From Antedon mediterranea (Eukaryota; Animalia; Echinodermata): 64,000 nt of DNA. This document shows positions 50,652-63,596 of this stretch, one piece after another. The stretch covers positions 8,990,001 to 9,054,000 of the forward strand of contig NC_092671.1 in the NCBI RefSeq assembly GCF_964355755.1, read 5' to 3'. The translations under genes were made by a program, and so were the position numbers. Within the stretch, counting starts at the first letter, position 1; each line of letters begins with the position of its first letter. Under the pieces are notes generated by a model that was not told where the DNA came from, ran no database searches, and saw nothing but the letters and a program-made list of their open reading frames with translations.

Positions 50652-52191
50652 TTTATTTTACGCGATTGTTTTGATTTTAATGCTACTATAGAGGGCGTCT
50701 CAAAGTTTTGACCAATACCCGTCTCTTTATTATTCGTGGTTTTCTCACGCTGCTGCTGAGCGGCTGAACGAGAGTAATCAATAAAATTAAAATAAATCCA
50801 ACAATTATTTATTTTCTGCACCACCACAACTACAGGTAGGCTATCCATGAAATGAAAGTGGGTTATAGTTTTTTTTGTAAAACTGGTCAGAGAAATGCCA
50901 TTTCAATTCAACATTGTATCTTAAGATAAAATGCACCAACTCGGATCCAAACTTGACTGGTGGTAAGTATATCAGCTAACTTGTTTTGTGTGTGTGGTGT
51001 CGCAAAACGAAGTAAGATTGGTGGATAGGACTACTACTAATGCGTACTACTATAGCCTACTATACCAAGACTGAGTAGTATATATACTACTCAGTCTTGT
51101 CTATGATTTGTAAGTTTAAGATTACTGTTTTCACATTTCATTTCATATACCGTGTAAATACAGTGCATACAGGTTTTGTAACATATATTTTTTTGGCATT
51201 AGAAACGCTACTCATAAAAATGTACCATATTTCACTATCAATGGTTTGTCCAGGTGCCTGTTAATTTGCCAGACTAAAAATATACCCTATTTTCTACCTT
51301 TTGCCTAAATTTTATAAAAGCCCATCCTAAATTGTTTTGTTGCTGATAGGAAAAGGAGAAGTTGTAACATTTCTTTAGTCAACTTTTAATTAAGATCTGA
51401 AATTATGAAAGACTTTAATTAAATGTAACCATGTTTTTATTTTATATTGAAAGGAGTAAAATATATGAAATGGTTGTGTTAATGCTGGTCAAATAAAAAA
51501 TGCAACAATCAATCAAGTTTGACCGTAATACATTTTGGGTAATGATTATCAAGACACACCCTACTGTAGCTGTTCCACAACCGGTTATATTAAGACACTT
51601 CTTATTCTGTTATTACTCACAATTTTAATGTTATGTAAGAAGTATAGATAGATTGATAGATAGAAAGATAAAATTGTATTCGTCATAAAATAAATAAAAT
51701 TACATTATGAAAATTGTCTTCCTTGGCAAAAATATAAATAAAAAAAGACCATATATAACGTATTTAAAATACTTATAAAACAAATTACACAAAAATATTT
51801 ATAATATACTGCACAGGTATGTAAAGGCATCAAAATTAGGGTTATGGTTTAAAAAGGCCATTAAATTTTAAAATATAATGTATTATTACTATTGTACTAT
51901 ACCTTGTACTGAAAATTGAACAAAAATGAGCAATGCCATAAAACAAAGGTTTTATTTTTGTATTCTTCTAATAAAGTTTTTTTTTTAATTAACAAAAATA
52001 AGCATGTCGTTGTTGAGTCCATGTTTGTATTTGCAGATTTTTTCCTGGTATTTTTTTTAGGTTTATTAGGCACATTATTTGGTAAAAAGTTATCCATTTA
52101 TTTTTAGAATGTTGTTTAATTTTTTAAATTTTTAAATCACAGCCATGTGAAGTGATGCTCTTGAAAATAAGTGGTTGAGATATTTCCAGCA

Positions 52192-55100
52192 ATGTCAGAG
52201 AAATCACCTCTGCGAGAAAATGCTTCACCTATACATGCAGTAACCGCCAACGGACATCCTCAAGAACACACACAAAAATATGAAGAGTTGACGCAAACAG
52301 CAAATGGTAACACAGGTAATTTAAGTTTCTAACCTCAGCGTCACGGCAAGGGACATATCTCTATCCAATGCGCAAAGTTGACTTCAATTGTGTCGCGCAT
52401 TGAATGCGGAACAGTGCATACCAACATTTGTGTGTCAAGTGTCAAATAAAATACTGTAATGTTTACTTCTTTAGATTACATTGATGAAAACCATCAACTA
52501 ACAATAAAACAAGCTGCAAGATGGCGGCTGGCTGCACTTGTAATATCCTGGATTTCTATCATACTAATATGCATTTTAGGAAGTCTTAGTTTTGGTATGT
52601 TTTACAATTTATCATTCATTTATCAACTACAGAATCTCAAATACATTTCATGTCCACCAAAATGATTTGTAAAATGAACAATCTGTGAATTTATTTTAAA
52701 AATATGTTTTGATACTAATTTAAATATAGCTATTCATCACTTATTATTTATAATTAATTTATAATTAATTTATACATTTTCAGTTGCTTATAATTTTTTG
52801 TCAATCTGAGTTTACTTAGCTATTCATTATGTTTACATTTTTTTCATATTTGTTTATTTAAAACTAGATTATGTATTTTCATTTAATTAATTATTATTTG
52901 TTAATTATTTGTGTTTTCATAATTATAGTATCAATTGTTTTTTTTACAGCTGTTTCAGTAATTACGAAAAGTGCAGCAGCATTTGGTTTTGGGGTGAGTT
53001 CTTTGTACTGAGCTTTTATTTGGTGACAGGGCAGTAAATGAAAGGTGACAGTAATTTATACAAATATTATTTGTACACTCTGTATTGTTCTGTCTGAGAA
53101 CAAGATGGTGCAAAGTTTATAACATCATTTTAAAACAATAAAAAATAGCCACTAAATATGAAGCAAACACATACGGGGTGGGCCTACGTTTTTCATTTTT
53201 AGTTATTTAGCCTAAAATAAAATACCATATTATAGTATGCATAAATGTGAATTCATTTTGCATTTATTTTAAGAAGAGAAGCATCATCCTAAGCCTTCTT
53301 TAGGACTTTGATTAGGTGTTTTTAGTCCAGTCTTTAGAACTTTGCTAATTTAAGACCTAGCCTTCTGGCTAACAGTGAACCTACTCAAACACGGCCACAC
53401 ATGTAGGCCTACAAGGTCTGCGACTTAGGATGAGGATTACAATCGTCACTTGTGCGAAACACATTTAATAACAAACCTTCACACTCTGGCAATTTACCAT
53501 CCTCTTTTGTCTACCATCCAAATGCAAAAGTATAGTAATATCAATTTTTTTTTTAAACAATGCCAATGCCAACCAAGGTTAAATAATGTCAAAGTACATT
53601 CTAATAGTAGTCCGATTATACATTTAAAATATACATTCAAAATTGAATGCATTAGTAATGAAATATATTGTGTATAATGCAGTAGAAGTATAATGAATAT
53701 AAGAATCTATAGAGTGGAATGACAATTGATGAAAAAATGCTTTTGATTGATATGTACTTTTTCCACTTGATTAATGAAGTATGAATGGCACAAAGTAAGT
53801 TGCCAAAAAGGATGCTAGGCAAACACATATCATCAAGCTAAAATTGTCAAAAAAGTTGTATTACTTTTTTGTAATATGCTAAATCTACTCAAAATACAGC
53901 TCAATGTTCACACCAGGGTCACATCAGGTTATTTTAAACTAGCCTGGGTGCAGTACAAATTTTGCGGGAAAAAAGTATAGGAAAATTTTTTTCTTTTTTT
54001 TCTGATAGAGTATACCATATAGAATGTCAGAAAAAAAATCCCCATCCCAGGGTCTTGGGGAAAATTTTTTACGGCACTTTTAAATTTTGGCCTATATAAC
54101 ACACACAAATGCCTATTAACACACACAAATACCTATATATAGGGGATAGGGAAAACCAATTCACGTTTTTTTTTACTTGGAGTTGTGTTATGATGATTAA
54201 AATTTGCTGAGGCTTACTTTAATAACTACTTCTCATAGTAGTTGATAAATCGAGTCGATAACAATGACATCATCATGCCAGAATCCATTATGGCGTCCAA
54301 TTTGGCGGAAAAAACAGGGTATTGCTAAACCCCGCAAACCCTTGCAAACCTCCAAAAAAACATAGCAAACCCCACCGAACCAACATAAAAGTGATTGAAT
54401 CATGTAGTGTACGACCCACTGGGTATATCCATGTAAAAAAAAAAATTTAATTTCTACTGTTAACTACTTATTTTTGGGGTAAAACATCATTTTTTTGGTC
54501 AAAAATGATTGTTAAACCCTGCAAACCTCCAAAAAAACATAGCAAACCCCACCGAACCAACATAAAAGTGATTGAATCATGTAGTGTACGACTCACTGGG
54601 TATATCCATGTTTAAAAAAATATAATTTCTACTGTTAACTACTTATTTTTGGGGTAAATTTTTAACCAAAAAATGACGTTTAATCCCAAAAAAATAAGTA
54701 GTTAACAGTAGAAATTTTTATTTTTTTTTACATGGACATACCCAGTGGGGCGTACACTCCATGATTCAATCACTTTTATGTCGGTTCGGTGGGGTTTTCT
54801 ATGTTTTTATTTGGAGGTTCCAGGGGTTTGCGGGGGTTTAGCAATACCCTGTTTTTCCCGCCATATTGGATTCTGGCATGATGATGTCATCGTATCGACT
54901 TGATTCATCAACTACTATGAGAAGTAGTTATTAAAGTAAGCCTCTACTAATTTTAATCATTGAAACACAACTGCAAGTAACAAAAACTGTTAATTGATTT
55001 TCTCTATCCCCTATATATAGGTATTTGTGTAAGTTAATAGGAATTTGTGTGTGTTATATAGGCCAAAATTTAAAAGTGCCATAAAAAAATTTCCCCAAGA

Positions 55101-58100
55101 CCCTGGGATGGGGATTTTTTTTCTGACATTCCATATGGTATACTCTGTTAGAAAAACCAAAAAAAAAATTTCCTATACTTTTTTCCCGCAAATGTGTATA
55201 ATAATTGTTCTGCACCCAGGTAAACGGTAGCCTATTTCTAGCAATTGGGATCAAATACGTAGTGCTAACAGTTTAAAGCCCTGTCTACACTATAAAACTT
55301 TATGCGATGTGCCAATATATGGACATGATGATGTCATATAACTACCATATTTGAGCATATCACTACCATATTTGGGCAAATCCCATTTTTTTGTGTCTAA
55401 AACTAGTTTGAGAGTGCAGAAAGAGCTTTACATCTGGCTTTTTTGTGTTTAATAATAGATTATCCAGTGATATAAATATTGTGTTTTTTGATAGATGTGT
55501 TCAGCGAGGTCAATGTTCAGGATACAACACTTTGTGATTTTTAGTAGTGTGACATTTATTGCTAATTCCAAGGTTCCATTTTGTTTCTACCTGTTCTTGC
55601 TTAATCAGGTGAAATGTATTCATTTATGAAATTACAGTATGATCAATACAAGTGATACCATATATGGATTTCAATATCTGAACCAACAGAAACTATTGTA
55701 TCAATAGATCACAGAGAAAAATAAAATAAAAGGGCTCAATGAACCGAGGTATTTTTCAGTAAGGCTTAGCCTCTAAATGTTTATTTATTTTATTTATTTT
55801 ATTATTCTTTATTTCATATAAAACATCAAAACATTAGACACCACCATGCTACAAGTTACCACTAGTGGCCAAAGGCCAGATTGTGGGTAACTTTTACATG
55901 CATGTACCTAGACCAATAAAAATATACAAAATTGAAACATACAAAATAATAAATTATACAAAAATGAGTGAAGAGCAGGCGTTAAGCAGGCGGATAAAAT
56001 AAGGGATTGGACTGTTACTGAAACGGGCGGTTCTGGATGGTAATTGTGAAATGTTATTACTATTACGGAGCGTACCTCCCGTGACTTTCAAACCGTGTCA
56101 CCGGTAAAAGATCAGCAGAATGAACAGTCTCAGATATTCCCTTGGCAAATTTGAGACTGTGAGCTATTCTCCTATCAGTGAGGGATGAGATGTTACAGAC
56201 CTTTAGAGCTTTGTCATACAAACTAAAATCCCTTCCCAATATGGTACGGCATGCTCTGCGTTGGACAGATTCTATAGAGTTGCTAAGCGATTTGGTTAAG
56301 CCGGGGTGCCATACAACATCGGCATATTCAAGGAGGGGTCTAATATACCCACAGTAGACAGAGCATAGTTCATCAGGGTTGAAGCCAAATTTCTTTAGAC
56401 TCCTTAAAATAAAAAGCTTCCTATTAGCCTTGAGGACAATATCCCCAATATGCTTATCCCATTTTAAGTTATTTTGTAACGTGACTCCAAGTATTTTAGC
56501 ATGAGTGACAAATGCTAGTTCGTTACCCCCGATATAAATTTTTTTTTCAGGAATATTCCTTTTACTAAAACATATTTGTAGTGCCTGGCATTTAGCAGGG
56601 TTCAGGTCCATAACATTCCTTTTACACCAATCATGAAACTCATTAAGATCATGCTGCAAGTGACCTGGTTGTGTTATCTTACGATTTTCATAAACAGATA
56701 GGTCATCAACGTATTTTAAAGCATTCGTTTTAGCACCCTTAACAGCATCATTGATCATGATTTGAAATGCAATGGGACCAAGTTTAGTCCCCTGGGGGAC
56801 ACCAGCTTTTAACGTGATAGCACTTGATAGGGAGTTGTTATATTTTACACATTGTTCTCTGCAGCTGAGGAAGCTGCAAATCCAAGGGACGATAGACCCA
56901 CGGACTCCAATGTCGATGATTTTATTGATTAAGGTGTTGTGTTCAATTCGATCAAAGGCCTTAGTGAAGTCCGTAAGGACAACCGTCCCTATGTTATGAG
57001 CCTCTTCAGCTGCAGCACACATATCATGAACTAGACGTACTAAGTAGTGGCTAGTTGATGCCCCCTTGACATTGCCATACTGTCTTACATCTAATTTATT
57101 CTGGATATCAGATACCACCCACTCACAAACAAATTGCTCTGCCACTTTTGCAAAGGCAGGTGTTAACGAGATAGGTCTTAACTTATCAATTTTTGGTGGA
57201 TGTACCTTGGGGATAGGAACAGTCACAGCTGATTTCCATTGGGTGGGGAGACTTCCTTCCCTAAATGAGCAATTTAAAATATTAGTGAGGGGTTCACTTA
57301 AAGGGCAAACTCTTTAAGAATTAAGGGTGGTATTTTATCAGGTCCTACTGATTTATAAACCTCCCATTCCTCCCAAATGTAGCTTATTTCCCTTTCTGTC
57401 TTCTTCCTCATCTTCCGTCTGACAAATCGTTGCTTTCTGTTCCATTGTCTCCTATTTTTTTGGGCCAAATTTTCACCTACCATTCTTTTTTAATTAATAT
57501 ATAGCAAATTAATTTATTCAGTAATGTGATTTAATCATTTATTCAATCATTTGATGGATAAAATCAAATTTGAATATAGGCAGTTATTCACTTTTGCCAA
57601 AACAATTTAACAATTAATGACAAAATAAACAGAATTAAATATAACCAAAATCCCAGATTTCAGACCATGAGTTTCAGTTTTTTCCCATTTAAATTTGCAT
57701 TTTATCAGTAATAACTTTTAATTTTGATACATATTTTGGTAATAATAACTAATAAAACAACTGTTATTAAATGTCATTAAAATGGGCTAGTAAACAACAT
57801 TATTTTGTTTAAGGGGAAAATACCTGTAAAAAATGTGTGTTTGGGTGTACATATTTTTTACCTTTCTAATTAAAAAAAAATCCAACTTTCAAAAGAATCA
57901 TACTGTTAATGAACAGATGTGCCTTTTTCATTAGAGGTATCATTGAATTCTGTGTTAAATGGTCACCATCCACAAAAGACATTCACCTCATCAAGGCCCT
58001 TCTCTGTCCATTGATTTTCTGCACTGTGACTTTCACACATTACTAGATTTTTATATACAATTGATTGAAAGAAAGCTTTATGACAGGTTATTAACAACTT

Positions 58101-61100
58101 TGTATTCACACGTTTAACATTTTTACAGTGAATCGTTCAATATTTGCGGATGGCACGCTTGAATCATGTAGCACCATGGATCACATAGACGGATCCAAAA
58201 TCTAAATTTCAGAAATTACAATGCAAAAGATAGATCACTTATTTCACAATTTTTAGGCCCTGATCCATCCCTACCCCTCTGTACATAAACAAAACTATAC
58301 CCTACTCAATGTGCCCGAAATCACAATGCAAAAGATAGATCATTAGTTTAAGTTCAGCACTTATTTTACCTTAGGCCCTTAGCCTCTTATCTGCCACTGA
58401 AACATTAAGCAAAATAACGAATGAAAAATCTAAAAGCTTTCATGAGCATCTTTACATAACTAAATTACATAACAGATGAAAAAGAATTCCTCATGTGTGA
58501 CAATTGTTATTTCTTTTTCTTTTAGTTTGATTGTATTTTAGATATTTTTACTTCAGCAATAGTAATATGGCGTTTTTATGGATCAGTAGGAACACTTTAC
58601 TCTGCAGAACGAGAAAGAATGTAAGTGTATGGGTCATGTTTTTAATCTATTGAACGAATAAAATATGGTTATGAAAAAGGAATAGGTCCATTTTTCAAAT
58701 ACGGTTTAAAAAAAAAACAATTAGCTGTCAAAAAATTCAATAATGGTTTCCATGGAGCAATTTTTTAAGCCATTTTTTTTTTAAATGCTAAATTTGTGCA
58801 TTCAAACATTTAATAAGGTAAATTATACTAATTATTTGTAGAAATCAAATTAGAAGTAATAAACATAAACAAAAATCATATAAATCAAAAGCAACATCAA
58901 TAATTAAATTTGTTTTTCTTTTCATTCATTCATTCATTCATTCACTTTCTATTTATCTGGTTTTATTTATTTTAGGTCCTTGATATTTCTTGGTATTATA
59001 TTCACCTTGGCTAGTATCTCTATAGGAGCAAGAGCAGTTGTAAACTTAGCATCTGAAACGCACACTATTCCTGTAAGTAGTGATTAGAAATCAGATACAA
59101 AGCTATATCAAAGAATAGAGTGAGGACACACTTCATAACTTTTCTGTTCGCACAATGAATTAACATTAGTGGCGTAACGCAGAGGCCTGGCCCCTGGGGT
59201 AGCCTTGTGTGTTTTTAGCATTTTTTGACATATTTTAATGCCTTTTTTTCCCTCTGGGCATTGCTCAGGGAAAATCAACAGTTCCTTAATAATTAACTCC
59301 ATCCCTACCCCTCATAAACAAAACACAATACCCTACTCAGAGTGCCCGGTAACCAATGAATATTCAGTAAACCTTAAGAACAGCATTCTTTTCTATTTGA
59401 TTGCGATAATTAACCTACCAAATAACAAAATCAGTTTGTTCTACTTTAGATATACAAATTTACCAAAAATATCACTGATTGCAGAAAAAAATAACCATTT
59501 TATTCAAATCAGACATTGACTTACTTATAATCCTTTAAAAATGCAACCAAAACCTACTAAATTTTAGGAACAATAAGTCTACAATCAGTAGTTTCAGTTG
59601 AATGATTGTCCATTTTCAATCAAAGATATTAAAAAGAAAGTTAGTTCATTTAATGGGTCATGGCCTTTTACATTGTATAGGCCTAAAGTACAGTAAATAA
59701 TACTCCATTTTGTATAGTACTATGCCTACAGTATATTAATATACAGAGGGCGATCACATAAAGCAGACAATAACTTTGTGCGATTGACGTAAAATGCTAT
59801 ACTTAATATTAATAATGGGTAGATAAGTGCCGAATACAACTGACAAATTTGAATGAAGGCAGTCTACCATTAGACCACATGTGGAATTCGCTATATCAAT
59901 AGGCCTATATTAACATTGATATGAAACAGCTAATTTTGCATTTAAAGGACAAATTGACCGAGGACCATATTTTTACAACGTATTAGGGATGTACATATGA
60001 TTTCAGAAATATCGCAAGATTATAAGGATATCGCCGTAATTGCTGTGATGTCACAGGTGCATGTCAAATTCTACTTAATAAAGTCCAGATAAGCAAAAGA
60101 AACAATAAAAAAATAACCATTTATATTTTTTACGATTTATTGTGTGCGTGTTTACTAGAAATTTTCACGATTTGCCAAACTTTGCCAGAAAACTCATGAC
60201 GTAAATATGGTCCTCGGTCAAGTTGTCCTTTAACAATTAGTAACCAGGGGCGGATTTAGGGGGGAGGGCGGGCCTTTTGTAATATTATGCACCCATTTAC
60301 ATACAATTTTACAAGAAAAGGGGGTACAAATCAACATTAAAAAGTTCAACTTCAATGTTACGATCGGTAAAACTGACTGACCAATCAAATAGTTCATAAA
60401 TTACGTCATCATTGTTTGTGAAAAAATACGTACGCGCTGACAATTCTTGTTTTTTTACAACGCGACGATGTTTTTTGCAACGTTGAAAGAACCAAGAAAC
60501 CATTAACGATCGCGTAAAAAATGTGTAAAAATTCGCGACTGGAAAACAGGCTTTAGGCGCAAAAAAAAACCAGTTCCGTATATTTTAATATATTTAAAAA
60601 TATGGTCTATAAAACCCACTATATTCAGATAATTATATGACAAGAATCGACTGGCCAAAACGCCTCAGATGCTATCTCCGGGCGTCTATAAAAAAATATT
60701 TTCGGACCCCCTAGACTATTATTTTTTCCAATATCGGCCCCCCTCTTTATCAAAATCCTAGATCCGCCCCTGGTAACCCTGTATTTTGTTTTGTTGTATT
60801 TGTAGCACTTCTCATTATATGTGTTAGCAGCAACAAGTGGTGTAATATGTTTAGTGTTTGCACTGATTAAATTTGTTATTGCAAGTAAACTAGAAAGTCG
60901 CAGTTTAAGGACAGATGGTAAGTGATTATTTTGTTTTATTTATTATTTTTACATGAAATAGAGCCTGAGATATTTGAAGTGACTAATATTTTAGGATAGA
61001 ACTTATTAACCAGAACAGTGGCGGATCTAGGATCTGACAAGGGGGGATGGCCAAGAAAGTGGCAAACGAGGTGCTTAGCACCGAGCGGGGAGGTTTGGGA

Positions 61101-62317
61101 GAGGGTGTTCCCCTCCCTAGGCTCAGAAAATGTTTGAAAAAATAGATGCTTACACACTGTTTAATAGGCTAGAGAAACTGTTTCCATCACACTTAATAAC
61201 AATTACATACTGTAAATTTAAATAAATCCTTCCTAAATACTGTACTGATCTTTTTTGACGAACTAATAATAAACTTTGATCGAAAAACCTTCAAACAAAA
61301 TGAACATTTGGTAATGCGGTACTCTGGTAGTTTTAGGAGTGCATGTGTTTTGAAAATAACTCAGTTGTGGGTATTTTCCGAAGATTTTAAATCGCGTTTT
61401 CTTTTTAAACTCTTGAATTCATAATAGTAATTGAACTCTTAGCTCTTTCACTGTGTAGGCCTAGGCCTATTTACACAACTATCATGCTAACCCTAGCTCT
61501 AGTTAGTAGGGCCTAGGCCTAGCTAAGCATACTCTTCTTAATTAAAAGATTAATCCACGACGGTCAATCGCGGGTAGGTTGCATCTTTTTTTTCTTTTTT
61601 TTTGAGAATTAAGGGGGGTGGCCAGCCACCCTATTCACCCCCAACCCCTAGATCCGCCACTGCAGAAGCTGTTTGTTCATAAACCCTAAACCTTTAAATC
61701 AGTTTTTTTGTTCTTCTTCTTTAAGAAATGCCGAAAATTGGAAAAAATGTAAATGCTAACAGAAAGAAACAGTTACCCCAGTCTTATAAAAATCCACAGT
61801 ACAGAATGTTTATATTTCAGCTCTGAGTTCATTAGCTGGTAGTATACTTGGATTTAGCATTCTACTAAGCACAGAAGTGATAAAACGTAACGAGGAAATC
61901 TGGTACTTAGATGAGGTTGTAGCCATTGCAGTGGGGCTATTTCTTGGTGTATATGGTACACGGTAAATTGTTCAAAAATTTTGTTTAAAAATTATTATAT
62001 TTCTATTTATTTTTATTTTATCATTTATTTACACTTTTGCAAAAAAAAATCTATAAGACAAATGAATGTTTAATAATTGTATTTCAATTAAACATAGGTA
62101 TTTAATTTCTTTTTTAAAAAAGAGATTCGTCTTTTTGATGATTCACTGTAAGTTTGTATGACTATGAGAAAGAATGTGGCACAGCTTGAGAAAGAGTTAT
62201 AATAACTATTTTTTTTAATCTTATAGATTATTAGTGGACATTTTTATGGAATCATCATTTCCAATCAAAATTTGCTGCTGTTGGGAAAAGCAAAGTGATT
62301 CCAGCAATGTAATATGA
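52192..62317 (+). CDS. TMEM163: Transmembrane protein 163 (CDF-related zinc transporter), 8 coding exons
   Basis: Exons at ~52192-52315, 52475-52593, 52950-52993, 58526-58620, 58976-59071, 60807-60917, 61821-61962 and 62227-62317. Motifs ALVISWISI, SAAAFGFG-FDCILDIFTSAIVIWRF, SRSLRTD, GFSILLSTEV and WYLDEVV match human TMEM163. Confidence 0.92.
53943..55220. mobile_element. 1.3-kb foldback element with ~550-bp inverted arms
   Basis: CCTGGGTGCAG ... CTGCACCCAGG ends. 53943-54490 mirrors 54670-55220, and a ~145-bp tandem duplication (54340-54485 vs 54518-54660) sits at the centre. Confidence 0.88.
55274..55430. mobile_element. MITE family A copy
   Basis: TAAAGCCCTGTCTACACTATAAAAC ... GTTTGAGAGTGCAGAAAGAGCTTTA. 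Confidence 0.8.
55780..57358 (-). mobile_element. 5'-truncated non-LTR retrotransposon (CR1/L2-group LINE); RT domain with frameshifts
   Basis: RT motifs LRPISLT, DFTKAFD, GVPQGTKLGP and YVDD. Frameshifts occur near 57300 and 56074; the shifted C-terminus reads LRNSNNISQLPSRTARFSNSPIPYFIRLLN. An (AATAA)n-type tail lies at 55780-55812. It is antisense to TMEM163. Confidence 0.92.
59942..60233. mobile_element. TTAA-flanked non-autonomous DNA transposon (Kolobok-like)
   Basis: TTAA-AGGACAAATTGACCGAGGACCATATTT ... AAATATGGTCCTCGGTCAAGTTGTCCT-TTAA. Confidence 0.8.
60245..60772. mobile_element. CAG-ended MITE with 5-bp TSD GTAAC
   Basis: GTAAC|CAGGGGCGGATTTAGG ... CCTAGATCCGCCCCTG|GTAAC. Confidence 0.85.
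61016..61662. mobile_element. CAG-ended MITE with 5-bp TSD CAGAA
   Basis: CAGAA|CAGTGGCGGATCTAGG ... CCTAGATCCGCCACTG|CAGAA. Confidence 0.85.
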
Positions 62318-63596
62318 AGACGTATCAACTGTCTTTTTATTTGATAATATATAGGACAAGTAAACAATAATTGTAAGAAAGATTAATCCAGGGAGATATC
62401 TCCCAGATTAGACTTACATTTGACTAAGCCTTGTTGTGAACAATATGAATGGTGCAATTTAAGTCTTCTGGTCTTCGAAGTGCAACTATATGTGCGTAGG
62501 CTGATTTAGGACTGTTTGATCTTGCAATCATTAAAATTACAGATACCATTTTCCATTTTGTTGAGAGTTAGGCGGACTTTTATGGAAACAGTTCACTATT
62601 TATCTCACTGGAACCTTAAAAAAAAATACAATAACAATTATTTTTTAGCCAGTTTGATATATTCCTACAAAAAGTTCATGGTCGACTGGTATGTTCAGTC
62701 ACAGGCTTGTCCTACAAACAGGCTTAAACCTACCAATGCCAAAGCACTTGTGTGGAGCCTGGTGCTTCCCTTCTACTCACCCATTCATGCCTTCCATATG
62801 TTATTGCCTGGACTTGCCAAGTTTCTAGTTATATCAGTGAAGCGTCACTTTTTCCTGGTTATATTGTCTTTAAAGTTGTTATTTTGTGATTTCAATTATT
62901 TTTTTCTTACAAATACGTTGAATATTTTAAAATGAATACATTTTGACAATCAAGATTTAAAATGGTGACGTATCTATTTTAATATTCATCCCCATAAAAT
63001 AATATAGTTATTTATACATTTATTTCTCCATTCACTTGGTTCATCCATGGAGGTATAAATTGTATACCTCCATGGTTCATCCATGCACAGTATATTTATC
63101 ATTTTGTTCATTTAATATTATATTATATTTACTTTCATTTATATATTTAATTCAACCAATCTATACATTCATCCCTTTTCATTAACAGAGTACCTATTCA
63201 TCAATTGGTTCTTTTATTCATCTACATTTCACATAGTATAATTAAGGTCATGCATAATGTTATCTAATATTTTTATGCATTTTTTATTCATTGGAATACA
63301 GTAGAATATTTTTATATACATTTAAGAAACATATATTTTATTATGAAATTTACAATAATTATTATTACAGTTATGAAATATTTAAATTATGATCTGATTT
63401 ATATAAATTTTTATAAAAATTATGTTTTCCCTTTTACGGTGGAACTGCAATGCACTCACAATTGAGATCGTGTGGTGTGTTTTTAGCATGAGTATTATTT
63501 TGTTGTATGAAAAAATATCTTGTGTGCAAGAAAGTAATTGAAATGCAAAATCTATTCCTTTTTTGTTGTCACTTATAATCAATTTAAAGAATCTAA

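Noticed and set aside
56063-57226. Retron, DGR, group II intron or domesticated RT gene
   Set aside because: The motifs are those of CR1/L2-group LINEs; the copy is 5'-truncated, frameshifted twice and tailed.
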